From contig CAWKPH010000001.1 of the NCBI GenBank assembly GCA_963851445.1, positions 61,813 to 125,812 of the forward strand: DNA of 64,000 bases. Direction: 5' to 3'. Numbering within the stretch: position 1 is the first letter of the stretch; the number at the start of each line of letters is the position of its first letter. The translations under genes and the position numbers were made by a program. This stretch comes from an uncultured bacterium (GTDB lineage: Bacteria; Patescibacteriota; Minisyncoccia; Phycocordibacterales; Phycocordibacteraceae). The notes beneath the pieces were generated by a model. It made no database searches. It worked only from the letters and a program-made list of their open reading frames with translations, and was not told the origin of the DNA. Positions 27,826 through 37,545 of the stretch are shown one piece after another.

Positions 27826-28802
27826 ACGTACAGCTTTTGAATTATATCTCCTTGAATAAAGTCCCTAAGTAACCGAGCTTCATGCGACACAAAGTGATTT
27901 CCTCGAGCGTCTCCTAGATCGTAGTAATGGTTCTCAAGCCATGAAGTTAGTACCATGCGGCGAAGTCGGACTTCTAGTCCATCCAGTAGTTCCTTTCTTA
28001 AAATTGGATAAATGGAATTGTATCCAGCAATAATTTCATTCGCTGAAGCAACTCCACTTTCTTCGGTATAGTCACCGGTAAAGCTTATGTAAAGAATAGC
28101 GCGAGCAAGTTCAGCTGCACGAGGAGCCATTTCTGCCTTTTCCCAGTCACATACTCCGATGATTTCTCGACTCTTTGTATCTATAAGAAGATTTCCCGCC
28201 TGATAGTCACCGTGCGTCAGAATATCGCTTGGTAGTACTATATCCATACTAAGCGTTGAAATGAGATCGAGCTTTAGTTGTGTGTACGAAATAAATTCTT
28301 CGTCGATAGGATCTTTCGTTTCTTTGCTTTCAATACGCACTTTGTATTCCTGTATCTTCGCTAGCTCTCCTTCCTTTGGTTTTTCTCGAAATGACTTCTG
28401 CGTGAGAAGTTCTGGAACATCTTTACTGCCTGCAACATGTATCTTGCCTAAGAGAACTCCCATGTTTCTATAGCCTTCGAGGGAGTAGTTATGTGAACGA
28501 TCGCTTTCCAGGAACGGGTAGAGTGAATACGCATTACTGTCATATACCACAAACTTCTCTCCCATATTTGAAGGAATCATACAGACAGCAGGAATGTCTC
28601 GTTCGCTCATAAGCTCCTCAACTAATGCAGTTGCTGGAAGTATATCCTTGCTCTTCTCTCGCACTTCCTTAATGAAGTACTTTCCCGAGCTTGTCGAGAG
28701 TATGTAGTTTTTGTTGAGAATTCCTTCTGTCACCTCGCTAATAGATTGAACGTCACCCAAGCTAAAATCTGTAACTAGCTTCTTGAGGTGCTCGGGGCTC
28801 AT
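27822..28802 (-). CDS. Aminoglycoside phosphotransferase / type II homoserine kinase-like protein
   Basis: EGILNKNY, LGKIH, HGDYQAGNLL, CDWE. Confidence 0.85.
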   Translation of the reverse strand: MSPEHLKKLVTDFSLGDVQSISEVTEGILNKNYILSTSSGKYFIKEVREKSKDILPATALVEELMSERDIPAVCMIPSNMGEKFVVYDSNAYSLYPFLESDRSHNYSLEGYRNMGVLLGKIHVAGSKDVPELLTQKSFREKPKEGELAKIQEYKVRIESKETKDPIDEEFISYTQLKLDLISTLSMDIVLPSDILTHGDYQAGNLLIDTKSREIIGVCDWEKAEMAPRAAELARAILYISFTGDYTEESGVASANEIIAGYNSIYPILRKELLDGLEVRLRRMVLTSWLENHYYDLGDARGNHFVSHEARLLRDFIQGDIIQKLYV

Positions 28803-28804
28803 GT

Positions 28805-30868
28805 TTAAATATTAGACTTACTGCCCACTCCGAGTTGATCAAACACAAAGCTCCATACATCCGCCTCCTGCTCAACTGCACGTGAGACAGCAAATGCTCC
28901 GCTGTGTCCAGCTTTCATTTCGACACGCATAAGTATCGGATGATCTGAGACATTTGCTTCCTGCAAGCGAGCAGCGAGCTTATAGGCGTGAAGTGGATGT
29001 ACTCGATCATCTCCGTCCGAGGTCATGATGAGCGTTGCCGGATACTTTTCGCCGTCCTTTACGTTATGGTACGGACTATAGCCAAAAAGATACGGAATCA
29101 TATCTGGATCATCAGGATCTCCAAAATCAGGGATCCAATGCCTACCGCCGTGGTGAAGATGGAAACGCAACATGTCAGATACAGGAACTCGGCAAACCAC
29201 AGCCTGGACCAAATCAGGTCGCTGTGTTTCAAGAGCAGAGACAAGTAGACCGCCGTTGCTTCCTCCCATAATGGCAAGCTTCTTTTTTGAAGAGTACTTC
29301 TGTGCGATTAAGTATTCCGCAGCTGCAATGAAATCATCAAACACATTTTGCTTGCTCTTCTTCATACCAGCTTCGTGCCACTTACGCCCAAACTCACCAC
29401 CGCCGCGAAGATTCGCTACTGCATAGATACCCCCACGCTCGATGAGTGGTATTGGATTAATCGTATACGCTGGGCGAAGGCTAATATCAAATCCTCCGTA
29501 TCCATAGAGCATAGTCGGATTATTCCCATCCTTTTGCAGACCTTTCTTGTACACGAGGAACATAGGGACTTTCGTACCATCCTTTGATGTAAACCAAACT
29601 TGCTCAGTTACGATCTCGTCCGTATTGAAGGTCGCTTGTACTTTGTGAAAAATGGAAGTAGTTCCAGACTCCAAATCCATCCTAAAAATAGTCGGCGGGT
29701 ACGCGAACGAGGTAAATGAATAAAACATTTCTTTACCCTCTGATTCGCCAGACATTCCTCCGGCAGTTCCGATGCCAGGCAATTCAATATTTCGTACACA
29801 CTCTCCTGTTAGCGTGTACTCGTTAATGACCGACTGAACATTATGGGTATATTCCACAAATAGTTTTTCACCGATAAATTTAAAGGCAGCGAGGAGATCA
29901 TCACTCTCTGGCAAAATATCGGTAAATTCTGGCTTACCTGCAAGTGCCTTTTCAACGGGAGTTGCCATGAGCTTGAAGTGCGGTGCATTATCATTTGTAC
30001 TTACGTAGAGCATGTCGCGATGAATATGTCCGCCCTGCTCTGCACCAGGCACACGCTTCAATACGAGTGTGAAATCAGATTTTGTGTTTGCTTCCTTAAT
30101 ATAAATCTCTGACCAGTTCTCTCCATTTTCTTGACCCCATATTGTCCCAAGGAGGTACTTATTGTCATCTGACAAACGTACTGATGGCTGCCACTCTTTC
30201 GCAAACCCCTTACCCCATACATAAGAATCTTTATCCGAAGTCTCTCCAATTGTATGGAAGTACAGTCTCTTGTGGAATTTAGGTTCATTTTCTGGTGCAT
30301 CAGGATCACGCCGTACATACCAGAAGCCAGTACCGTCTGCATTCCATGCGCTCATAGCGGGATACAGGTCGTCTGGAATGAGGTCTGGAAGCGTATCGCC
30401 CGTATCGACGTTCAGTACATGCAAATCCCGTTTATCATTTCCAGATTTTGAAAGACCATATACAATCCATTTCCCGTCGCGTGACGGTGTCCAGCCTGAA
30501 AGAATAGTTGTCTTATCAGGAGATAGTGTATTTGGGTCTATGAGTATTCGCTCATTTCCTTCGAGATCTTCTCGAACATACAGCACTGGCATGTCCTGCT
30601 TTGGTTCGCGCTTGCTGTAGAAGTAACGGTTATTCCGCACAATAGGAGTCCCGACTGATTCAAATTCAGCGAGTTCTTTAAGCTCGTCTCGAAGTATGTT
30701 TCGTATAGGAAGTGAGGAAAAATATTCCGAGGCGACATTACCCTGTTTAGTGAGCCAGTCATGTAGTTGCGTTTCATTTGGATCGCCTTCTAGCCAACGG
30801 TATGGATCAGGTACTTTTGTGCCGTGTAAATCTTCAATAAGATCTTCCTTTCGAGTCTCTAATTTCAT
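28805..30868 (-). CDS. Prolyl oligopeptidase (S9A)
   Basis: DPYRWLE, YGYGGF, RGGGEFG, GGSNGGLL (Ser), DDRVHP (Asp), AGH (His). Confidence 0.96.
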   Translation of the reverse strand: MKLETRKEDLIEDLHGTKVPDPYRWLEGDPNETQLHDWLTKQGNVASEYFSSLPIRNILRDELKELAEFESVGTPIVRNNRYFYSKREPKQDMPVLYVREDLEGNERILIDPNTLSPDKTTILSGWTPSRDGKWIVYGLSKSGNDKRDLHVLNVDTGDTLPDLIPDDLYPAMSAWNADGTGFWYVRRDPDAPENEPKFHKRLYFHTIGETSDKDSYVWGKGFAKEWQPSVRLSDDNKYLLGTIWGQENGENWSEIYIKEANTKSDFTLVLKRVPGAEQGGHIHRDMLYVSTNDNAPHFKLMATPVEKALAGKPEFTDILPESDDLLAAFKFIGEKLFVEYTHNVQSVINEYTLTGECVRNIELPGIGTAGGMSGESEGKEMFYSFTSFAYPPTIFRMDLESGTTSIFHKVQATFNTDEIVTEQVWFTSKDGTKVPMFLVYKKGLQKDGNNPTMLYGYGGFDISLRPAYTINPIPLIERGGIYAVANLRGGGEFGRKWHEAGMKKSKQNVFDDFIAAAEYLIAQKYSSKKKLAIMGGSNGGLLVSALETQRPDLVQAVVCRVPVSDMLRFHLHHGGRHWIPDFGDPDDPDMIPYLFGYSPYHNVKDGEKYPATLIMTSDGDDRVHPLHAYKLAARLQEANVSDHPILMRVEMKAGHSGAFAVSRAVEQEADVWSFVFDQLGVGSKSNI

Positions 30869-30914
30869 ACATGCATTTTATCAGAAGTATCTCCTTTCTA
30901 TAACTAGCGATGGC

Positions 30915-30995
30915 TTTAGGACTCGAACCGAAATCCATCCCATATTTAAAAGAGTTCTAACTTTTCCTAATCTGCACCTGTTTAGGACTCGAACC
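30915..30995 (-). repeat. Two copies of the tRNA-Gln T-arm sequence just 3' of the tRNA
   Basis: TTTAGGACTCGAACC at 30915-30929 and 30981-30995; the 13-mer TAGGACTCGAACC is identical to tRNA positions 31069-31081. Confidence 0.85.
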
Positions 30996-31056
30996 CGAGC
31001 CTTCAAAATATCCTTTAGTTATCTACGCGTCTCGAGCGCGATAACCTAGCACGAGT

Positions 31057-31130
31057 TGGCTGCGAGACTAGGACTCGAACCTAGATAACGACCTCCAGAG
31101 GGTCGCGTCCTACCATTAGACGATCTCGCA
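31057..31130 (-). tRNA. tRNA-Gln(CTG)
   Basis: Acceptor TGCGAGA/TCTCGCA, anticodon arm CGACC-CTCTGGA-GGTCG, T-arm CTAGG-TTCGAGT-CCTAG, encoded CCA. Confidence 0.95.
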
Positions 31131-31254
31131 ATGGTGATGCCCAAACTGCAAACGCGGCAGCATCCTACCGCGTAGTAGTTAATAGAATACTTTAAAAGGA
31201 AGCCCCATTCAAGCAGCCTCTTTTTTAATATAATGCGCTATATCTTTCGACTGA

Positions 31255-31686
31255 TTAGAACCACATCCCGAACAATGCACCCATTAGTAGAAGCGTTACA
31301 AGAAATTGTCCCGCGTTGATCCACCAAAGTTTCCATGGCTTCCCCTCCCAGAGCACGCTCGGCAAGAGCACCGGTGCAACAAAACCAAGCCATGCGAAAA
31401 AACCGACAGAGAGTCCGGTAACAATTCCTTTGTTATCTAAGTACGCCGACGTATGCAGATACGCGCGAGAAAGTATGAATGCCATTACGAGTGCTCCAAT
31501 GAATTGGAGGAGGTATTTACCGCCCATACCCTTTCGCATCTTCATCTTTTCTTCGTGAGACATGTTCTTCATATCCATGCCTGTCATGCGCATCCACGGT
31601 TTCCCAAATAACGGCCCATACCAGAGTGTACCAACCACCATGGCGAGAACTGCAGCCACCACTACTGCTAAAAGATGAATTGACAT
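31255..31686 (-). CDS. DUF1761 family membrane protein
   Basis: GTLWYGPLFGKPWM and WWINAGQFLV. Confidence 0.85.
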   Translation of the reverse strand: MSIHLLAVVVAAVLAMVVGTLWYGPLFGKPWMRMTGMDMKNMSHEEKMKMRKGMGGKYLLQFIGALVMAFILSRAYLHTSAYLDNKGIVTGLSVGFFAWLGFVAPVLLPSVLWEGKPWKLWWINAGQFLVTLLLMGALFGMWF

Positions 31687-31742
31687 AGTATCTACGGATT
31701 TATTAGAGCGGATTTTTGCCCGCTAACGCAAAGATACCATGA

Positions 31743-32588
31743 CTACGGGTTTGTTGGAGCAGTTGTTGATGTATTACTTGAGCCCTTCACTGCGACGTAG
31801 ATCGTGGCAATATCAGCACGTGCTGCTTTAAGATCATTGGTCGCAGTCTGAATTTTTGACTTAGCGTCTTTGATCGTCGCGCTGTTTGAAGCCTCAATGG
31901 TTGTATTCCCCTGATCAGGCTGCAGGCCCACTGTCTCGCTAAGTGCAGCTGCAGCTTGCGTGTTTGCATCAGATATCTTTGCGTTCATATCGGTATACGC
32001 AGATACTGCAGCAGAAGGATTTCCAGCGGCAGTAATGCGCGTTTCGAGTTTTGGTGCAAGACCTTGCATAAGACCGACGATGGTATCAATACGATCGGAG
32101 GTTGCTGCAATCCGTACTTGTGGAAGCACGAGCAGATAAATACGATAGTTCTTGGTGATCGTTGCAGCGTCTGCTCGAAGAGTCGCCCCAGTTGTATCGC
32201 TGTTAATTTGTGCCTCAAGGGTATTCATTTCAGTTATTTGCGCTGAGAGAATTCCCTGAAGAGACGTCACCTCACTTGCCGAAAGATTTTTCACCCCACC
32301 AAGACGTGTTGAGGCTGAGTTCAAGGATGAAATGCGCGCGCTGATTGCCGCATCTGCTGCAGTCTGCGCCGTGGTGAATCGTGCGCTAGTATGGGTACCC
32401 GTAGTTGTAGTGACGGGAGCGTTAGTAACTGAAACACCGGTAGTTGCACCCACTACGGTACTTGTGACAGGAGTTTGTACTCCAACGTTTGCGTTTACAC
32501 CTATAGTCTGTGCTAATGCCGCTACTGGTAAAGTTGCCGCGAGCACGGCGATGCTAAGTAAACTTGCTATACGTGATGTTTTTTTCAT
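31743..32588 (-). CDS. Secreted helical/coiled-coil hypothetical protein
   Basis: Signal peptide (ALA-Q), Thr-rich linker, helical domain with YRIYLLVLPQ. Confidence 0.7.
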   Translation of the reverse strand: MKKTSRIASLLSIAVLAATLPVAALAQTIGVNANVGVQTPVTSTVVGATTGVSVTNAPVTTTTGTHTSARFTTAQTAADAAISARISSLNSASTRLGGVKNLSASEVTSLQGILSAQITEMNTLEAQINSDTTGATLRADAATITKNYRIYLLVLPQVRIAATSDRIDTIVGLMQGLAPKLETRITAAGNPSAAVSAYTDMNAKISDANTQAAAALSETVGLQPDQGNTTIEASNSATIKDAKSKIQTATNDLKAARADIATIYVAVKGSSNTSTTAPTNP

Positions 32589-32612
32589 AAGTATTGATGT
32601 TGGTTTAGGGAG

Positions 32613-32906
32613 CTATGGGTTGATCGTGTTCTGCGCATTGGCATTATCCGTAGCGAGGCCTCCCATTTGGGTGTCAATTGCAGCAGTATCTTCTTCAAGC
32701 GCCGTATTAGAATCACTTGACCCTCCGGGAAGCGCCGTACTCGCCCTTGGCAGTGTGCCAGAAGCAGCGACTGCCGCTGCTGAATTAGTATTAGCGCTTC
32801 CTCCAAGCGTCCCAGAAGCCATACGTGTGGTCAGGTAATACGCGCCTCCCACAAGCACCAAAATTACAACAACGCCAACCACTGCCTTAGTCGTAGCATT
32901 AGACAT
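32613..32906 (-). CDS. Small membrane-anchored hypothetical protein
   Basis: N-terminal TM and low-complexity tail; precedes the secreted protein. Confidence 0.65.
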   Translation of the reverse strand: MSNATTKAVVGVVVILVLVGGAYYLTTRMASGTLGGSANTNSAAAVAASGTLPRASTALPGGSSDSNTALEEDTAAIDTQMGGLATDNANAQNTINP

Positions 32907-33012
32907 AGATCAATTTATTAATCATATAACTAGTATCTCCTGATTATATCGCCTTTAACGGGCTTACTAACGAGCAGGTTGTATAACCTTCTCAAAGAAT
33001 AAGACGATTGTC

Positions 33013-34664
33013 CTAGGCTTTCCTTTCAGCTCTTTTTGCAGAAGCTTTAAGAAATGCTGTAAATAGGGGGTGTGGAGAGAGCGGACGCGCCTGGAGCTCG
33101 GGATGAAATTGTGTACCGAGATAGAACGGATGTTTGTCCTTAGGGAGTTCTGCAATCTCCATAAGCACATTATCGGGAGAGGTGCCTGAGAAAACGAGGC
33201 CTCCTTTTTCGATTTGCTCTACATATTGAGGATTTATCTCATAGCGGTGACGGTGACGTTCTTCAACAACCTCTTTACCGTATGCTTCCTGAGCAACACT
33301 CCCCTTTTTAAGATGTGCTGGATATACGCCAAGCCGCATAGTGCCGCCATATTGATTCTGTTCGAGAAGCGCAATCTGTTCGGGCATTACGTCTACCACG
33401 GGGTACTTAGTCCCAGGATTTATTTCGACGGTGTGGGCTCCCTCAAGACCAAGGACATTTCGAGCGTATTCGATGACGAGCATATGGAGTCCGTAGCAGA
33501 GTCCGAATAAGGTATTTTATTCTCGCGCGCAAAGCGTGCGGCTTTAATCTTCCCTTCGATTCCTGTTTTGCCAAAACCTCCCGGCACAATGATGCCATCA
33601 TATTTCGAAAGCGTTTCGATATCAGTATCCTTTTCGAAATCCTTTGCATTAACCCACTCTATTTTGGGCTTGACTCCGATCTCCGCACCAGAGAATTTCA
33701 ACGCTTCGATTACTGAAAGGACGCATCAGAAAGCACGTAGTCACCCGTATCAAAATACTTTCCAACGATTCCGATGGTGACTTCATCGTCACTCAGCCTG
33801 GCCTTCTGCACAAAATTGCGCCATTCGTGAAGTCCTGTCGATTCGGATTTAGGGAGTGAAAGTGACTCAAGTAGTAGCTCACCAAGGTTGTCCTTTTCAA
33901 AATTGAGTGGGACATCATAGATGCTTTCAACATCGGGTGCAGAGATTATGCATTCGGGAGAAACATTACACCATATGGCAAGTTTTTCTTTGCGCTTCTC
34001 ATCCATAGCGCCCGTCGATCGTGCAATGATGAAGTCAGGTTGTACACCATAGGAGTTGAGTTCGCGAATGGCGGTCTGCGTGGGCTTGGTCTTCATTTCG
34101 CCAAGCGTACCTGGAACAGGTAGGTACGAGACCATGACAAAACGGACATCGTTTGGGTGCTGGAGTCGAAGTACGCGCGCTGCCTCTATGAAAAGTGCGT
34201 TCTGAAAATCTCCTACCGTTCCGCCTATTTCTATTACTGAAATCTGGCTACCGTTCTGGGCGGATGCCGCATAGATCCGACGCAGGATCTCGTCGCGTAC
34301 ATGAGGAATTGCTTCAATCGTTTTACCGCCATACTCGAGTGCACGTTCGCGATTGATTACGGATTGGTACACCATGCCACTTGTCATGTAGTCTTCGCTT
34401 GAGAGGTCGCGACCAAGAAAAACGTTCGTAATTACCCATATCCTGGTCAGTCTCAAGCCCACTACGCAGCACAAACACCTCCCCATGCTCAGTCGGATTC
34501 ATCGTGCCCGCATCAACATTAAGGTAAGGGTCAATCTTTACAAGATTGACCGTATACCCACGCCCTGTAAGAAGGAGTCCCATCGATGAAGTTGCGATGC
34601 CCTTGCCTACACCAGACATCACCCCTCCTATTACGAAGATATACTTGTGTCCTTCGGTTGCCAT
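33013..34664 (-). pseudogene. pyrG: CTP synthase split by three apparent single-base indels (possible sequencing errors)
   Basis: [52 protein letters not shown] and QFHPE spread over four ORFs; breaks at ~34418-22, ~33720 and ~33506. Confidence 0.9.
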
Positions 34665-34695
34665 ACCAATTACTTACGTAGAGCTTTGTGCATAC

Positions 34696-35625
34696 TTAAA
34701 TGCGCAAATACCGACGAACTGCTAAATAACTTGCAAACCCACCGAGCAAAATACCGGAACCGAGAATGATGCCCGCTATCATGAGAAAGTTCTGTAGGTA
34801 GTACGAAAGAATATCAAATCCTCCGAGCCACGAGGAATAATTACTACCGATATACCAAATGGCTGGTGAGTAAATGAGAAGCGCGATAAATCCTGAAATG
34901 ATGCCAGCGAGTACCCCAGCGACGATAAAGGGACCTCGAATATAGGCGTTGCTTGCTCCTACGAGGCGCATTACAGCAATCTCATCGCGCGAGCTATAGA
35001 TAGCTAGACGTATAGTTGCAAGAGCAATGATAGTAGACGCAAGTGCAAAAATAATGACGATAATAAGCCCTGCTTGTTCGGTCGTATGAATAGTAGAGGT
35101 AAGACGATTAATAATCGTTTCATTCTCGTAATAGTTGATGTGATCGACAATTGAGGTTCCGTTGACGTTTAGACCTTGATCATTGTTAATGTAATTTACA
35201 ATATCCGGGTAATCCGCAGGATTTACGGCCTTAATATCGAGTGATGCTCCGAGTGGATTCGAACCAAGTTCATTAAGCGCATTCAAGGTAAGCTGGTCGC
35301 CTGCGTGGCGCGTCGTGAACTGTGAAAGTGCATCGGCGGCAGAGGTATAGGTTACCTGAGCGACTTCAGGATTTTGTTCGAGCTGGTCCTTGAGATTAAG
35401 TACATCGCCTTCGGCGGCGCTCGTAGTGAAATAGACTGTTACGTCAACTTTGTTCTGAATCTGCTGAAGTGTGTATGAAAGGAGCGCAGAAAGGAAAATG
35501 AGGAAACCGATGATCATGAGTGTCACGGTCATAATAAGTACTGTCGCAAATGAGACAGCGCCGCTTCGAAAGAAGTTTTTTGATCCACCAGAGAGCACGC
35601 GACGAAGTGAAGTGAACATGCTCAT
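34696..35625 (-). CDS. ftsX: Cell division permease FtsX
   Basis: TM1, extracellular domain with NPLGAS, RDEIAVMRLVGASNAYIRGPF; adjacent to ftsE. Confidence 0.92.
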   Translation of the reverse strand: MSMFTSLRRVLSGGSKNFFRSGAVSFATVLIMTVTLMIIGFLIFLSALLSYTLQQIQNKVDVTVYFTTSAAEGDVLNLKDQLEQNPEVAQVTYTSAADALSQFTTRHAGDQLTLNALNELGSNPLGASLDIKAVNPADYPDIVNYINNDQGLNVNGTSIVDHINYYENETIINRLTSTIHTTEQAGLIIVIIFALASTIIALATIRLAIYSSRDEIAVMRLVGASNAYIRGPFIVAGVLAGIISGFIALLIYSPAIWYIGSNYSSWLGGFDILSYYLQNFLMIAGIILGSGILLGGFASYLAVRRYLRI

Positions 35626-35627
35626 GA

Positions 35628-36308
35628 TTATAGTATGTACTGGCCTTGTGGATCGTCGCGGATGACACGCCCGCGATCCATCGTAATAACTCGTCTGCCC
35701 ATTGCATCGACTACACCCTTGTTGTGCGTCGTGATAATAACGATTGTGCCGAGTTCATTGATTTTCTTCAATATCTCAACGATTTCATAGGTGTTAATTG
35801 GATCAAGGTTGCCTGTGGGCTCATCGGCAATAATGACATCAGGTTGATTGATGATTGCACGGCCAATCGCAACGCGCTGCTGCTCACCGCCAGAGAGCTG
35901 ATGGGGAAAATGATTTGCTTTTGAAACGAGATCTACAAGATCAAGAATATAAGGCACATCCGACTCAATCTCATCGTCAGGTCTTCCTGCGGCTTCCATA
36001 GCGAATGCAATATTCTCGTACGCAGTCTTGTTCGGAATAAGACGAAAATCCTGAAATACCATACCTATCTTGCGTCGATAGTTATGCATCATGCTTGGAC
36101 GAAGTGAGTGCACATCGATGTCCTCGAAATAGACTGCACCTGAAGTAGGACGCTCCTGCGCGAGGAGCATCTTAAGGAGGGTGGTCTTGCCAGCGCCTGA
36201 GTGGCCAACGACCGATACAAATTCTTTTGGATTAACCGTGAGGGTGATGTCTTCTAGAGCCGGGGTTCCATCACGATAAATCTTTGAAACATTGTCGAAT
36301 TGAATCAT
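35628..36308 (-). CDS. ftsE: Cell division ATP-binding protein FtsE
   Basis: GHSGAGKTT, IGMVFQDFRL, LSGGEQQRV, ADEPTGNLDP. Confidence 0.94.
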   Translation of the reverse strand: MIQFDNVSKIYRDGTPALEDITLTVNPKEFVSVVGHSGAGKTTLLKMLLAQERPTSGAVYFEDIDVHSLRPSMMHNYRRKIGMVFQDFRLIPNKTAYENIAFAMEAAGRPDDEIESDVPYILDLVDLVSKANHFPHQLSGGEQQRVAIGRAIINQPDVIIADEPTGNLDPINTYEIVEILKKINELGTIVIITTHNKGVVDAMGRRVITMDRGRVIRDDPQGQYIL

Positions 36309-36322
36309 GAGCGGTTCGTCTC

Positions 36323-37210
36323 CTATTGTACCTTATTTGCCGCAGCTGCGTCCATGAAATTATCAAGCTCTCCTCCAAGAACTGCCTCGGGGTCATGCGA
36401 TTCATACCCGGTTTCGTGGTCTTTTACGAGTTTATAGGGGTGGAGAATGTAGGAACGCATCTGGCTACCCCATTCATTGGCGGTTTCGGCGGCTATAGAC
36501 CGACCCTTGGCTTCAAGTTCTTGTTTTCTTTCTTCCCGAGCGAACAATTTTGCACGAATAAGTTCCATCGCTTTCTCTCGATTAGCTTGCTGAGAACGCT
36601 CGCTCGAGACGTGGACTGAGACTCCTGAGGGTGTATGGGTAATACGCACCGCAGTCTCACGCTTATTGACGTTCTGACCGCCCGCTCCTCCCGAGCGTGC
36701 AAATTGAATGTCCAGGTCTTCCGGACGCAGATCAACTTTCTCATTAGGCGCAAGCTTGGGGAGTACTTCGACGAGCGCAAATGAGGTCTGACGCTTGCTA
36801 TTAGCATTAAATGGAGAAATTCGCACCAAGCGATGCACGCCGGACTCATGCTTTAGTCGTCCGTAGACGCCTACACCACTAATTTCAAGGAGTACATTGC
36901 GGTAACCACCGTTATTGTTCTCGTTGGCATGGAGCTCCCAGGTAGTCCATCCTTTTTTCTGTGCATACCCCTCATACATCCTGCGCAGCATACGTGCGAA
37001 ATCCTCTGCGTCATCGCCACCTGCACCCGCGAGAATGGCAAGTGTTGCGGACCCACGATCATGAACGTCCCCCCCAGCATTACCCAGAGTAGCTGCATCT
37101 TTTAAGTTCTGATATTCACGCACGAGTTTCTGCGCCTCATCTTTGTCTGCCCAGAATTCGGGCGTGGCCATTAGCGCTTCAATTTCTTCGAGTCGCAACT
37201 TTTCATCCAT
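36323..37210 (-). CDS. prfB: Peptide chain release factor 2 (N-terminally shortened)
   Basis: SPF motif (GVHRLVRISPF), GGQ, WGSQMRSY; 295 aa. Confidence 0.93.
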   Translation of the reverse strand: MDEKLRLEEIEALMATPEFWADKDEAQKLVREYQNLKDAATLGNAGGDVHDRGSATLAILAGAGGDDAEDFARMLRRMYEGYAQKKGWTTWELHANENNNGGYRNVLLEISGVGVYGRLKHESGVHRLVRISPFNANSKRQTSFALVEVLPKLAPNEKVDLRPEDLDIQFARSGGAGGQNVNKRETAVRITHTPSGVSVHVSSERSQQANREKAMELIRAKLFAREERKQELEAKGRSIAAETANEWGSQMRSYILHPYKLVKDHETGYESHDPEAVLGGELDNFMDAAAANKVQ

Positions 37211-37255
37211 TAATCGAGTATAGCAAAGATGGATACTTTACTGTTTTACTGCCTT

Positions 37256-37331
37256 TGGAGCCATCTCGGAGGATCGAACTCCGGACCTTTACGTTACGAA
37301 TGTAATGCTCTACCAACTGAGCTAAGATGGC
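37256..37331 (-). tRNA. tRNA-Thr(CGT)
   Basis: Acceptor GCCATCT/AGATGGC, anticodon loop TTCGTAA, T-loop TTCGATC, encoded CCA. Confidence 0.93.
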
Positions 37332-37382
37332 ACTCTATAGTTATAGCAAACCGCATGACGACGCGCGACGGATCAAACCGTG

Positions 37383-37455
37383 AGCCGATGTCCGGGATCG
37401 GACCGGAGACCTCATCCTTACCATGGATGTGCTCTACCAACTGAGCTACATCGGC
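37383..37455 (-). tRNA. tRNA-Thr(GGT)
   Basis: Acceptor GCCGATG/CATCGGC, anticodon arm CATCC-ATGGTAA-GGATG, T-loop TCCGATC; CCA not encoded. Confidence 0.9.
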
Positions 37456-37545
37456 TTCTATTCCTTCACAATAACCTCCGTATCCTAACGCAAACCCTAC
37501 AATTCCTCAATCTATTAGGGTCTTGAATGTTTCTTAGTCGTGTTT

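Noticed and set aside
33013-34664. Programmed ribosomal frameshifting in pyrG
   Set aside because: It would need three shifts of mixed sign, with no slippery heptamer or stimulatory signal.
37229-37444. 71-aa plus-strand ORF
   Set aside because: It is the antisense reading of two tRNA-Thr genes.
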